Shown: positions 1 through 9,802 of the stretch, piece by piece | How the letters are laid out: every line of letters begins with the position of its first letter | Numbering within the stretch: position 1 is the first letter of the stretch | Virus record (IMG/VR): IMGVR_UViG_2881214049_000001 | Length of the DNA: 64,000 bases | DNA from: a virus | Reading direction: 5' to 3' (one strand) | Position numbers and translations under genes: made by a program | The notes under the pieces: generated by a model | What the model saw: the letters and a program-made list of their open reading frames with translations, nothing else | The model's database searches: none | Told to the model about the DNA's origin: nothing

Positions 1-100
1 GGAAGCCTGTGATTGAGTCGTTTGGGGTCACAATATACAGTTTAGCATCTGGTACTTGTCCAGACTCGAGTGCTTCTAAATCTAGTGTATAGTCGCTCAT
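1..100 (-). CDS. 5' part of a probable tail/baseplate gene (MSDYTLDLEALESDKYQMLNCIFVTPNDSITGF...), runs off the window
   Basis: ATG at 100 with GAGGT Shine-Dalgarno, directly after the tape-measure-like stop; frame open to the edge. Confidence 0.55.
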   Translation of the reverse strand, partial: MSDYTLDLEALESGQVPDAKLYIVTPNDSITGF

Positions 101-107
101 ATAACCT

Positions 108-3100
108 CTAATCGAATAAGATACTGTTCATTATCGCAATCCCATAGTCATCGATGCCAAAACTACTTTGAGCTGGTGTTGAACGACTTGCTGGGCGATT
201 TAATTGCACCGACTTGCGTGATGCAGACACCGGTTTTACAGTACTACTTGCTGGCAATTTCTTCGCAGTGGCCTGTGTGTTGACCACGTGCGAGAGTGTA
301 TCTTTGCGCAGAACTTGGTCGTTAAGTGGCTCTGGTATCGATGTTTTGGTATCTATTTGCAGTGATGATGCAAGGTTGGCAACTTCTGTTTGTTCCCTTT
401 TCTCTTTACTTTGCTCGTGTTTGGCTGCTGTGTGAACGCGTGAGCTATGCGTCGGTATGTGTTGCTGTACCATCATCTGACCGGATGCTGGGGTGGTGGC
501 TGCCTGTGTGTGTGGTTGTGTCATCATCGTCAACGGTATTGCGGCGGCTTTGATTAAACGAGTTGACTGTGATTTTGAACTTTTCGTTGTACCCTGAGGG
601 TCGTTGGAAAAAAGCCCTGAAAATAGGTGACTGCCAAGGTTCACCACCTTAGAGCCAACATCGTACAAAGTGCGCGCGGTATTTCCTTCATCCAGTTGAC
701 CAAATGAGATCCCGGACAAAATAGAGCCAGCTGCTGATGCGACTTTCTGACCTGTGCTGGCTTTTTCATTTGCTTGCAGTGCAAAGTTTTCATCTGCACG
801 TTGCCATCCAGCTGCGCCATCTAGTAAAGCTAAACCCGCCGTGAGTGCTTGACCTGCTATTGGAACAAGTTTAGCTCCTCCAAGTACTGCTCGCCCCAAC
901 CCTTTCATTGATGGGAGTCGGCTTGAAATAGACTTACTGGTATGCGATAGAGCCTTACTCACCGTTGATTTACCTTGGGTTGTTTTCCTGCGTCGGCTTT
1001 GCGCTTTTACTTCAGATCCAAGACGAGGCTTAGCCTCTCTTCTATGCGCTTTTTTATGGCTAGTATCCGGTGCACCGCTGAGTGCGGCCATTCCACCTGT
1101 CGCTAATGATGCTATGCCTGAAACTGCAGCGCTTGCGCCTCTTGATAATGTAGATATAAAGGAGCGACCAGTGCCGAGACGCTTCACTACCGTAGGTCTC
1201 GCTTTATTGCTGCGGCCATTCCGTTTACGATTAGTGCGCTTCTCTCGTTTGCTGGTATGCTTGTCTAGTAAATTGCCTAATAAATTATCCGCTGAGCCAT
1301 CCTTTGGAAGTATGGTTTTGAACAAGCGTAATGTTTGATTCAGTTCTGACAGCGACTCCTTTTGTTCAGCGAATAACGAAGCGCCCAGATTAAGAAGTCG
1401 GCCCGTGATATTGCCTTGTTGACCTTGAATTCGAGTAGAGCGTGGATCCATTTGACTGGCTGCGTTTTTAGCAGTGTCGTGGGCTAATGATGCACCAAAC
1501 AGGCTGGCGACCTGAGTGATAACTTCATACTTGTTCAGCAAGCCTGTTGTCGTCGTTAATCGAGGTCGTGTGTTGCTGCGCGTTGGTGCTTTGCTGTTAC
1601 CTGACAATAACCGCAAACTCATCCTCCCATGTAGGGGAGACAGTTTTGTTGTTGGGCGTTTATCTGGATTGGCTACGTGGGTGACATGTAATGGCAAATA
1701 CTCAGTTGCTAGTTTGGCTAAAGACTGTGTAGGAGCGGCTGCCCAAGTAGTGCGATTAGCTTTCACCTGATGCGCGCGCTTTTGATGTGCTTGCTTACCT
1801 TGAGCTGACGTACGTGCTTGGTTTGCTCTTTGTTGGTTCGTATGGGCAATATTCTGGTGAGCAGCTGAAGTTCGCTTGTCACCTTGAATAACTAGCGTGC
1901 TGCCTTTATCAATGGTAATTTGGGCATTGTTCAGGTGCAGTGTTTTGGGTGCTGCAACACTTTTTGTAGAGACAGACGCATTAGGGTTAACGTCGCTCGC
2001 AGTGATCCCTCCCAGCAGCGCGGTGGTTTTAACGCGACCTTGTGGTGGTGCAATCGTTTTTTGACCGTGGGTAGATTTGGCCGTGTTGCCAGGTGGTTGC
2101 CTGGTCGCAAAAAGCTCTGTCACTGACCCCATCACACGCTTAGCCAAGCTTTTGTTTTGTGGCTTGGCAATACGTTTATCCAGTTTGGCAGTCTTAGGGT
2201 TACCGCCACTAAACAATGCTTTGAGATCGAGTATATTTGGTAGGTCATCAAGACCGAGTGTACCAAGTGCGACACGTAACCATTCATGCTTGTCAATGTT
2301 CAAAATCGACTGCTGCTCTGCGCGCCTATTTGAAGCCTCGCGATTAACCTGGGGTTTATGTCGCGGCTTTGTCGCTTGTCTAGTTGCTGTTACTCGTTGC
2401 GTTTGCAGCCGTGCAAAGGCCTCATTTACTGTACCTAGAATATTGAGCTTAGCTAGAGCAGGGGGAGCTATTTGCTCTTGTGGGCGTGGTGAGGTTGATT
2501 GTTTAATAAGTGTCTGTAATATCGCCTGCTGTGGCTTTGGTGCATCAACTAGCATTTCTTTATAGCTATTGGTCATACGCCCTTGCGTGATGGGCGTAGT
2601 GCTTTTTTGTTGCTGATTAAATGCACTAATCAAGGGCGCACAATCGGACAGCAACTGACGAAGAGAGTGAGTCTCTAAACGCTGTCCCTTGAGTAGCGTG
2701 TCTATATTTACAGAGGTAAGCGCGCTCGACTTTGTTCCGTTTATTTTGGCAATCGCCTGCAACTGCGTGCTGAGGCTACGTAATGCCGCATTGAGTAGCG
2801 CGTGTGTTTCCTCTGCGTGCTGTTGAGTGGGCACGGCGGCTTTTGCTGCACTCACGGGGAGCTGTGAGCGACTTTGTATCTCAGAATTTGGTTGTCGAGT
2901 GTTTTTGTTTTGGCTGTGGTGTTTGGGCACTGACGGATCAAAGGTGGATTGTGCGGTGCCTACGCCAATGAGCGCAGCTTTTGTTGAAATCACGGTGCTG
3001 CTAGTATTGCCCCGCATCATTGCGGTGTCAGTTGGTGCAAGCATAACAGCCGCTTGTGAAGCGCGTTTTGCAACGGTTGCTGTACTGCTATTTGGTGCGA

Positions 3101-4073
3101 CTTGATTAACGTCAGATGACTGTTTTCCTGCACCTTTTTGACTGGTGAAAAGCGCATCAAAATTAACCAGTTCTGGTAAGTCATCAAGCCCAACTGTGCC
3201 CAGTGCAACCTTAAATAACTCTTTTTTGTCGATGTTGAACAAGCTTGGCTTGTCTTTTGTGGTGTCTGAGTTATCTTCTTTGTTGTGCAGATCTGAGCTT
3301 CGTCTGGCGCTTTTTAATGCCCGAGATTGTTGAGATTGCTTTTGTTGCTTCTCACTCTGCGCTTTTATATGGCTAGCAAGTTCTGTGAGCGTGCTATCCA
3401 TATGAGTTAATACATTGAGCTGTGCGTGATCAGCAGCGGCATTTTGTGACAATAAATCTAAGGCCGAGTGGCACTGTGCTCGCTGGCTTTGATCTTTGCT
3501 TAATTGTAACTGTGCACTATATTGTCTCGCGATATCCTGAACTAAAATTGGATGATCGCTTTGCTGCTTGGCATTAAAAGCCTTGATCATTGGCCCAAGC
3601 ATTTTCATTGTGGCGCGCAATGCCTCGATTGACAGATCTTGCCCTTGAAGGAGCTTATCTATATTCAGCGCATGGGGAACATTTTGTAGAGACTGTCCTG
3701 TGTTATGTTGAGCCGTTTTTAGTTCATCCAGGTTCAGAGCTTGCAATTGGACAGTAAGGCCCCTTACCACGGCATTGATCAAACCGGTCGCTATATTTTT
3801 GGGGAGTGTAGTTAGAGTTGGGTATGATTGCCCATTGGAGATAGGAGTATTAGCCTGTCTCGTATTGGGGGAGGGGCTTTTGAAGCGAGCAAAAGCTAAC
3901 TGCAAGCGTTTTGCCAGCACCGCGAACTCTTGAGGCTGCGCTTGGCGCGGCTCAAAAATGCGAATACCGCTTGGCTGCGTGCTGTTAATAGTTGTGACGT
4001 TACCCAAATTAGGGAGGCTTAGCGCATTTGACTGACGTAATTTGTCAATGTGGCGCACAGCGATGTTAGCCAT
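108..4073 (-). CDS. Tape-measure-like tail protein (~1320 aa) with an internal duplication
   Basis: Downstream of tube and chaperone genes; Ala/Gln/Lys/Ser-rich; C-terminal Gly/Ala helical segment (GLGRAVLGGAKLVPIAGQALTAGLALLDG) typical of tape measures. Start moved to ATG 4073 (GGAG RBS). Confidence 0.62.
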   Translation of the reverse strand: MANIAVRHIDKLRQSNALSLPNLGNVTTINSTQPSGIRIFEPRQAQPQEFAVLAKRLQLAFARFKSPSPNTRQANTPISNGQSYPTLTTLPKNIATGLINAVVRGLTVQLQALNLDELKTAQHNTGQSLQNVPHALNIDKLLQGQDLSIEALRATMKMLGPMIKAFNAKQQSDHPILVQDIARQYSAQLQLSKDQSQRAQCHSALDLLSQNAAADHAQLNVLTHMDSTLTELASHIKAQSEKQQKQSQQSRALKSARRSSDLHNKEDNSDTTKDKPSLFNIDKKELFKVALGTVGLDDLPELVNFDALFTSQKGAGKQSSDVNQVAPNSSTATVAKRASQAAVMLAPTDTAMMRGNTSSTVISTKAALIGVGTAQSTFDPSVPKHHSQNKNTRQPNSEIQSRSQLPVSAAKAAVPTQQHAEETHALLNAALRSLSTQLQAIAKINGTKSSALTSVNIDTLLKGQRLETHSLRQLLSDCAPLISAFNQQQKSTTPITQGRMTNSYKEMLVDAPKPQQAILQTLIKQSTSPRPQEQIAPPALAKLNILGTVNEAFARLQTQRVTATRQATKPRHKPQVNREASNRRAEQQSILNIDKHEWLRVALGTLGLDDLPNILDLKALFSGGNPKTAKLDKRIAKPQNKSLAKRVMGSVTELFATRQPPGNTAKSTHGQKTIAPPQGRVKTTALLGGITASDVNPNASVSTKSVAAPKTLHLNNAQITIDKGSTLVIQGDKRTSAAHQNIAHTNQQRANQARTSAQGKQAHQKRAHQVKANRTTWAAAPTQSLAKLATEYLPLHVTHVANPDKRPTTKLSPLHGRMSLRLLSGNSKAPTRSNTRPRLTTTTGLLNKYEVITQVASLFGASLAHDTAKNAASQMDPRSTRIQGQQGNITGRLLNLGASLFAEQKESLSELNQTLRLFKTILPKDGSADNLLGNLLDKHTSKREKRTNRKRNGRSNKARPTVVKRLGTGRSFISTLSRGASAAVSGIASLATGGMAALSGAPDTSHKKAHRREAKPRLGSEVKAQSRRRKTTQGKSTVSKALSHTSKSISSRLPSMKGLGRAVLGGAKLVPIAGQALTAGLALLDGAAGWQRADENFALQANEKASTGQKVASAAGSILSGISFGQLDEGNTARTLYDVGSKVVNLGSHLFSGLFSNDPQGTTKSSKSQSTRLIKAAAIPLTMMTQPHTQAATTPASGQMMVQQHIPTHSSRVHTAAKHEQSKEKREQTEVANLASSLQIDTKTSIPEPLNDQVLRKDTLSHVVNTQATAKKLPASSTVKPVSASRKSVQLNRPASRSTPAQSSFGIDDYGIAIMNSILFD

Positions 4074-4101
4074 ACAAGTCTCCAAAATGTAATGACTCGG
4101 T

Positions 4102-4272
4102 CTACTGGCCCGAGTCTAAGTATTTACGTAATCGTTGTTGTAGCAGCATTGCCATACCAAAATCGAACTTGGCCAGTTCGGTGGGAGACAATATCTGCTT
4201 AATTGCCAAACCGAACTCGACTTCCAGTAGTTGGTTCAGATTTGCGAAAGGGATTGATAAGGGCCGCCTCAT
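4102..4272 (-). CDS. Unannotated 56-codon ORF overlapping the chaperone 3' end; gp51-like peptide or frameshift extension
   Basis: Translates MRRPLSIPFANLNQLLEVEFGLAIKQILSPTELAKFDFGMAMLLQQRLRKYLDSGQ*; fills the gap before the tape-measure gene; no clear RBS. Confidence 0.55.
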   Translation of the reverse strand: MRRPLSIPFANLNQLLEVEFGLAIKQILSPTELAKFDFGMAMLLQQRLRKYLDSGQ

Positions 4273-4963
4273 CGTCTAGAGAAGCTGAAAAAACAATGCC
4301 ACATTCAGTATTGGCACAAGTTACCGCCATAGGTTTTAAATCGTGATATAAAAACTTGTCGATGTCCTCTAGTGTGGCCGCGTCATCGCCAATGGCATTG
4401 TTAAATAAATTATATGCCAACTTGTAATCAAGAGATGACTGCATTGCAGCGATAGCGACTGGGTCTTCATCGGCATTGCGTCGAGTCAACTCTAAATACT
4501 GGCCGACCGTGAGGGGTTTAAATTTAACGTCTGTCATGCCACATAAATCAGCGATAACGGGTAATTTAGGTGCCGCTAGGTCTTCAAATTGCAAATTTTC
4601 CCAGCCAAATTGATGTTGCACACTATGTTGACACTGTGGACATTCAACATTCAAATTAAACTCTACGGCATTCATTGTGCTCAAACGACGTAACAAGGCA
4701 ATGTATAAAAAATCAAAAAATGTGATGTCTTCGCGATCCATTCCTTCTACGCTAATACCATTCAGGATTTTTTCTGTGCTTTTTGCACTAGACATTGTGC
4801 CTTGTGCCTGGGAAAACATCTTTACTTCGCCAAATGTATATGGCTTGTAGTGTATTTCTGTTCCAACAGGGTAAGCTAAACCACGAGAGGGCAATTGTGC
4901 CACTTTTACCATGGTATCAGGTAGGTTGCTTTCTTTGTCTAGTGCTTGTTGTAATTCATTCAT
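4199..4963 (-). CDS. T4 gp26-like baseplate hub / tail assembly chaperone
   Basis: LPSRGLAYP start, YKPYTFGEVK, LRRLST, CPQC and CANTEC zinc motifs, VKFKPLTVGQYLE; lies between tube genes and tape measure. Confidence 0.65.
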   Translation of the reverse strand: MNELQQALDKESNLPDTMVKVAQLPSRGLAYPVGTEIHYKPYTFGEVKMFSQAQGTMSSAKSTEKILNGISVEGMDREDITFFDFLYIALLRRLSTMNAVEFNLNVECPQCQHSVQHQFGWENLQFEDLAAPKLPVIADLCGMTDVKFKPLTVGQYLELTRRNADEDPVAIAAMQSSLDYKLAYNLFNNAIGDDAATLEDIDKFLYHDLKPMAVTCANTECGIVFSASLDDEAALINPFRKSEPTTGSRVRFGN

Positions 4964-5250
4964 CGTATCATTACCTCAGTCTCAGTTTGCCACCATCTAT
5001 TGGCGACACCTTTTAATCTTCTATTACGATAATCGCGCGTTTGTACTAATTTGTGTCACTACGTGAGCTATTTTTAGGCGGTATATTCGTATCAATAACT
5101 CCGCTATCTTGTTGTGCTGTCGCCAAGCTAGCTACATCCATATAGGCAAAGCAAAAATATTGCTACTTAGTTGCTCTAAATAGCAATTTTTGATGCAGTC
5201 AGTGTCAGATTTACGCCTTCAAATTGAATATGTAGTAAGGTAAATTGGTA

Positions 5251-5478
5251 TTAAATACTGGTTCTATACTCTACAGCTGGATAGATCCCTTGAATAAGAA
5301 AGCCTAACTTAGCAAGTGTTATCGCTTCTTTTTGGGCGATTTCTTTACTCATCATCCAGATAACTTCGCTTCGAGCACCGTTATTGCGACTCTTAAATAC
5401 CAAGCCGTGATATGCGTATTCATTGATCGTTTTAAAACGACCGTGTGGGGTGTCGATCATAAAGCGATATTTACTCAT
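5251..5478 (-). CDS. Small hypothetical protein inserted in the tail operon
   Basis: ORF with GGAG RBS before ATG 5478 (MSKYRFMIDT...). Confidence 0.55.
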   Translation of the reverse strand: MSKYRFMIDTPHGRFKTINEYAYHGLVFKSRNNGARSEVIWMMSKEIAQKEAITLAKLGFLIQGIYPAVEYRTSI

Positions 5479-5566
5479 GAGGATCTCCATAACAGGTTGT
5501 ACACCATCGGTGGGTGCGTCTAATTTAATCAACGTGTGATCAGAGTGTGTGTTTGGCTCTGAACCG

Positions 5567-6073
5567 TCACTTTTTTGTTTGGCTTAAAATACCCAGTACC
5601 TTGAAACTTATAGTATTTTCATGGCTGCCGCTTTCACTTGTGCCTGAAAAATTTAAGTCGCCATCAGGTATTACCATGTAAACTGTCTCTTTGGTTGGCT
5701 TTCTTTGTGCGTCTAACATTCTTACTTGTAGGTAACGAACACATTCATGGGCGGTGCGCACAAATTTACCCTCACCAAAAATATCTTTGTTTACCCAGTC
5801 GCTTATCCAGTGCTTTATCGAATGCTCGCTATCATCAATAAAGCTGATATCTACAGTGGTCTCACTGGTACTTTGTGGCACACTGTAAGATGAAAGATAA
5901 GCTTCAAAGGTAAAGCTTTGTGTTGTTGCTAAATTTTCGTTGACTGTTGTAGCTGGGAACCAATTCGTGAACTGCCCCGGCCCAGAGTTACTGCGGTCTA
6001 TGAGCCTGCAGTCCCATAAGTAGTCTTTAGCCCAATCAACATTACGTACTGATTCCATCGAAAAATCAGCCAT
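5567..6073 (-). CDS. Tail-tube-fold protein (gp48/gp54-like tube initiator)
   Basis: Pattern parallel to the neighbouring tube gene (YLWD, DISFIDD, I..W...V); GGAG RBS before ATG 6073. Confidence 0.6.
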   Translation of the reverse strand: MADFSMESVRNVDWAKDYLWDCRLIDRSNSGPGQFTNWFPATTVNENLATTQSFTFEAYLSSYSVPQSTSETTVDISFIDDSEHSIKHWISDWVNKDIFGEGKFVRTAHECVRYLQVRMLDAQRKPTKETVYMVIPDGDLNFSGTSESGSHENTISFKVLGILSQTKK

Positions 6074-6153
6074 AGACCAGTCTCCGTATTTACACAACGA
6101 TTACGTTGTGTATTGTACAATATATTAAAGCAAGTTTTATATTGTACAAAGTT

Positions 6154-6184
6154 AAAAAAAGGGGGCGCACTCGCCACCCTTTTT
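6154..6184 (-). terminator. Rho-independent terminator after tail tube gene
   Basis: Minus strand GGGTGGCG-AGTG-CGCCCCC followed by T7. Confidence 0.75.
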
Positions 6185-6214
6185 GTTGCCACACGAATAT
6201 TACTTTATGGTTGC

Positions 6215-6745
6215 TTACTGTACAGAAGCACCAGCGCCCATTTTGAAGTAGTCGTATGATAAAGTTAGGCTCGGGCGCATGATATCTGACGTATCACCAC
6301 CTAGTTCACCGCCCCAGTCCACGCTTTCTAAATAACAACCAAATAGCTTGTAGGTCCAGATTGGCTCGTCCTGATTATTTAGACGAGTTAGCAGCATATC
6401 ACATTGATATTCCGCACGTTTCTTTTGTTTACCTATGCCTGTTTCCCACAGCGCTTCACGCCAGTTGTGAAGCATATTGTGGATAGTGTTATCGACAGTT
6501 TCAGCAAACGTGAGATTGATTGTGTGATCATCATCCACAATACCTGCTTGCTTGATATGGTGACCTCGGATTTGAATATCAATGCTCTGCACGGCGCTTG
6601 TTGGCAGTGAGCTTGATAAACATCGTACGTTTAAGTCGTTACGGTCGAATGCAACTGCCGGAGGGGGCGTGAACCAAACATCCCACTTATACAGAACAGC
6701 AAAGTCGTCTAAGTTACGGATCTGTTCAATTTGTAAACCAGCCAT
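6215..6745 (-). CDS. Tail tube protein (gp19-like)
   Basis: Immediately after the sheath; motifs LNVRCLSSSLP, TINLTFAET, WTYKLFGC, LTLSYDYF. Confidence 0.85.
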   Translation of the reverse strand: MAGLQIEQIRNLDDFAVLYKWDVWFTPPPAVAFDRNDLNVRCLSSSLPTSAVQSIDIQIRGHHIKQAGIVDDDHTINLTFAETVDNTIHNMLHNWREALWETGIGKQKKRAEYQCDMLLTRLNNQDEPIWTYKLFGCYLESVDWGGELGGDTSDIMRPSLTLSYDYFKMGAGASVQ

Positions 6746-6805
6746 ATTGGCCTCCTTTATTGGTGCAGGGTATGTACCCTACAAAAGTATCAAATGAACT
6801 GGCGC

Positions 6806-8680
6806 TTATGCAGCCAGTAACTGTTCTGCTAGGCTAAAATCTAAACCGGTTGGTAGTACTGCTGTGGTGAATGGAATATATTCAATACTGCGGGTCGGTT
6901 TAACAAATAGCCATAAGTTCATGCGGCCAGCATCAATGTCTTCTGGTGTGTTGTTTGAGTCGTCACAAACGACTTTAAAGTCATATACGCCTCGACGTGC
7001 CTTGATGCCATTCATGTATGACGTAACCATGGCACTTGCGATAGCACGTGATGACTCGTCGTTTAATTCAAACAAGAAGTTTTCTAGTGCATCGCGTACG
7101 GCCGGTTCTATGGTGATTAACATCATACGAACGTTGATTCTATCGAGTGCACTTGGCATTGAGCTCAGGGTTTTTTGACCCCAGATCAAGATGCCTTTAC
7201 CTGCTGCAAAGCGCAGCGGATTAATACCAGCGGCGTATAGGCGATCCATTTCGCCTTTATCGTAGCGACGGCGTACATCGAGTACTTTGATCACACCACG
7301 GTTAAGGCCAGCTGCTGGGTACCAAGCTTCTTGGTTCATTGCAGTGCGTGATACCGCAAGTGCCGCATAAGCTTCAGGTGAAACAAAGACAGCACGATTG
7401 TTGAACTTGTCGAATATCTTAACGTGTGAGCTGTAAATTGCGCCAAATGAGCTGTTTGCATTTAATACAAGGTTACGATAATCAACCACTTCATTCAGGT
7501 AGTTGCTGCTTGCTTCAGCGCTGTAAGGCGTTGACAGAAAAGCGAAACAGTCCATACGTTTTTCACATAATGCAAGTAATGCTTTTTGATAACTTGGTAC
7601 CGCATAGCCGCCGTCCATAAACAGCTTGATTGGGTAAGTATCAGAGTTTTCAAACTCTTTTAGCGCTTGCATCATGTGGCCCGCCATGACTGCGCCACCT
7701 AAATCACCACCTGCAAAACCAATCGCGTTAAGCACGTGATCAGCCGGCTCTCCTACATAACTTGGGTTTGCGAAACCACGAATGTAGTTAGATTGCTCAA
7801 GTACGTTATCCAAAAAGATATTCTTGTTGAATCCATCTACCGCATCTTCACGTAACGCACAGGTAAATGATTCAACTGGGTTGGCGCTATCATCTAGATA
7901 GACTTCTAGTACGAATGTATTTGGCGTGGTGGCCACTGGTGAGAATAATGACATCACAATGTCACCTTGACCAGCATCGGTAAACGTTACGTACTCTTCG
8001 TCAGCTAATGCTTGTGCAGAGGTTGCCAATCGGATCTTGCCGCTCTCTTCACTTTTGACATAGTAACCGCGATCGCCAGAGATGCCGGTTGGTAGTCTGT
8101 CATCTTCCGCTTGCTTTATCACGGCTAAACGCACCACTGAGCCCGTAGACCAAGCCTGCGTAACTGCTAGGCTGCTATCAAGTACTTCAGCATCAGCTTC
8201 ATCAGTAACTGTATTAAACGCAACTTTTTCTGCTGTACGATAGTTGTGTACTTTTACTGACAGGCGGTTACCCCATGTGCCTTGATCTGCTGCTGTCAGG
8301 ATGAATGCTTGTGGTGAAGCAGCTTTGATATCTAAGAAATCTTCGAAGCCATCTGCAATTGGCTTAGACTCTGTTTCAGAACCCATTTCGCCAATCGCGG
8401 TTGCTGCGAACTTTGCACCATCACCAAGTACACGACGAATGTACAATTTGTCTGCGCCGCCAAGATAAGTCAGTGCAGAGTAGTGTGCGTTGTCAGCACC
8501 AATTTTAACCTTACCATCAACCGTGTAACGGTTTAAAAAAGTGTTTTCACTGGTACATAGTTGCGGTTCTAGAGAACCTCTTTCAGCTTGTGGTAATAAG
8601 ATTGCGGCGTACATGCCGGCTTCTGAACCTACACGCTGAGATAAATTTAATTCTTTAAGAATGACTTGTGCAGATGACAT
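6806..8680 (-). CDS. Contractile tail sheath protein (gp18-like)
   Basis: WYPAAGLNRG, GINPLRF, GILIWGQKTL, DRINVRMMLITIE, FELND, GVYDFKVVCDDSNNTPEDID, VKPTRSIEYI. Confidence 0.95.
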   Translation of the reverse strand: MSSAQVILKELNLSQRVGSEAGMYAAILLPQAERGSLEPQLCTSENTFLNRYTVDGKVKIGADNAHYSALTYLGGADKLYIRRVLGDGAKFAATAIGEMGSETESKPIADGFEDFLDIKAASPQAFILTAADQGTWGNRLSVKVHNYRTAEKVAFNTVTDEADAEVLDSSLAVTQAWSTGSVVRLAVIKQAEDDRLPTGISGDRGYYVKSEESGKIRLATSAQALADEEYVTFTDAGQGDIVMSLFSPVATTPNTFVLEVYLDDSANPVESFTCALREDAVDGFNKNIFLDNVLEQSNYIRGFANPSYVGEPADHVLNAIGFAGGDLGGAVMAGHMMQALKEFENSDTYPIKLFMDGGYAVPSYQKALLALCEKRMDCFAFLSTPYSAEASSNYLNEVVDYRNLVLNANSSFGAIYSSHVKIFDKFNNRAVFVSPEAYAALAVSRTAMNQEAWYPAAGLNRGVIKVLDVRRRYDKGEMDRLYAAGINPLRFAAGKGILIWGQKTLSSMPSALDRINVRMMLITIEPAVRDALENFLFELNDESSRAIASAMVTSYMNGIKARRGVYDFKVVCDDSNNTPEDIDAGRMNLWLFVKPTRSIEYIPFTTAVLPTGLDFSLAEQLLAA

Positions 8681-8726
8681 TATGCGTCTCCTTTACTAAT
8701 TCAATGAAGCTTGCGTATTCAAACGC

Positions 8727-8912
8727 TTAGCTTACTCGAACGCCTTTTGGCAATGCGCCTAAAGCTTTAGGGTTGATGTTATTGATACGTCCGCGTGGTG
8801 GTAGTGTCGTTGCATCACCGTCGTATGAAATAACGACAGGGTGGTTTAGCGTCGAAACTAACGTTGCAAGCTCCGTTGCTGCACTGTCGGTTTTAGATTT
8901 ACGTGAAGCCAT
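8727..8912 (-). CDS. Small (61 aa) probable virion protein upstream of sheath
   Basis: GGAG RBS, ATG, co-oriented with the sheath gene. Confidence 0.65.
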   Translation of the reverse strand: MASRKSKTDSAATELATLVSTLNHPVVISYDGDATTLPPRGRINNINPKALGALPKGVRVS

Positions 8913-9115
8913 GTTTGCTCCTAATGTGACATTAAAATTAGTCCCAAGTTACCGGTGTAATCTTGGTTTAGGTGTCTCAATGCCTGAATAACAGGCGCTC
9001 ATCTCACAGCTCATCGTCTCATAGGGTGTAACTTCAGGATAACGAGGAAGTTACGACTTTATTGTACAACAGTGATGGAAGGTTCGTCATCACTGGATTA
9101 AAATAATTCGCTAAT

Positions 9116-9802
9116 TTAATCGTTTGCAGGCTGTGCTTTAGACTCGCAAAGAAGATGGAGGTTTACCCCCTCAGAAGCGAAAATATTGGTGATTAACGCC
9201 AAAGTTTCATTCTTTGATACAATGAACGGCCCCCTCACTATAACTTCTGCACCAATGGATTTGGTTGCACTGTCACCAACGTCGACAGTAAAGTCTTGTA
9301 GGGCTTTCCAAGTAAGTTTGTATTCAATTTGTCCGATATCGGGAATATCAACACTAACTGCACTGATTTCACGCAAGCCCCCTGCCACGCTGTAGAGCAT
9401 TTCAAAGCGTTCTAATTCTTCCATGGAAGAGGTGATATACATAAACTTAAAAGTCATGTCACCGAATAGCACGGGGTATTTGTCCACAGCGGTTTGGCAC
9501 TGATGCGGATTGAGTGGATTTTCAGAGCGATATTTTTTTGCCAGTAATGTGTGACCACTTCGCCCAGCATATATGTCATTATTGCTGATGGTGGAGCGGT
9601 TAAATAGCAGCAATGGCAGCGCGGTTGGGTCTATCACTTGTTTTTTTTGATTCGCTGTGCGAAAGGCGCGCAAACCATCTTGATAGTCAAGTGATGGCGT
9701 GAATATCGCGTTGACATTAGGAAGGTAGTTACCTATTTCTTTGAGTAGATAATAGGTTACCAACGAAGGGGTTGCGACGACACGTGTTTGCGGATCAGTC
9801 AT
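9116..9802 (-). CDS. Probable tail completion / terminator protein (gp15-like)
   Basis: Sits between neck and sheath; ~230 aa; GGAGG RBS at ATG 9802. Product inferred mainly from synteny. Confidence 0.5.
   Translation of the reverse strand: MTDPQTRVVATPSLVTYYLLKEIGNYLPNVNAIFTPSLDYQDGLRAFRTANQKKQVIDPTALPLLLFNRSTISNNDIYAGRSGHTLLAKKYRSENPLNPHQCQTAVDKYPVLFGDMTFKFMYITSSMEELERFEMLYSVAGGLREISAVSVDIPDIGQIEYKLTWKALQDFTVDVGDSATKSIGAEVIVRGPFIVSKNETLALITNIFASEGVNLHLLCESKAQPAND

Noticed and set aside
214-3333. Many short antisense or alternate-frame ORFs (60-160 aa) in the ORF track, here and across the window
   Set aside because: They lie within long, motif-supported genes, lack RBS and have no recognisable domains; typical shadow ORFs.
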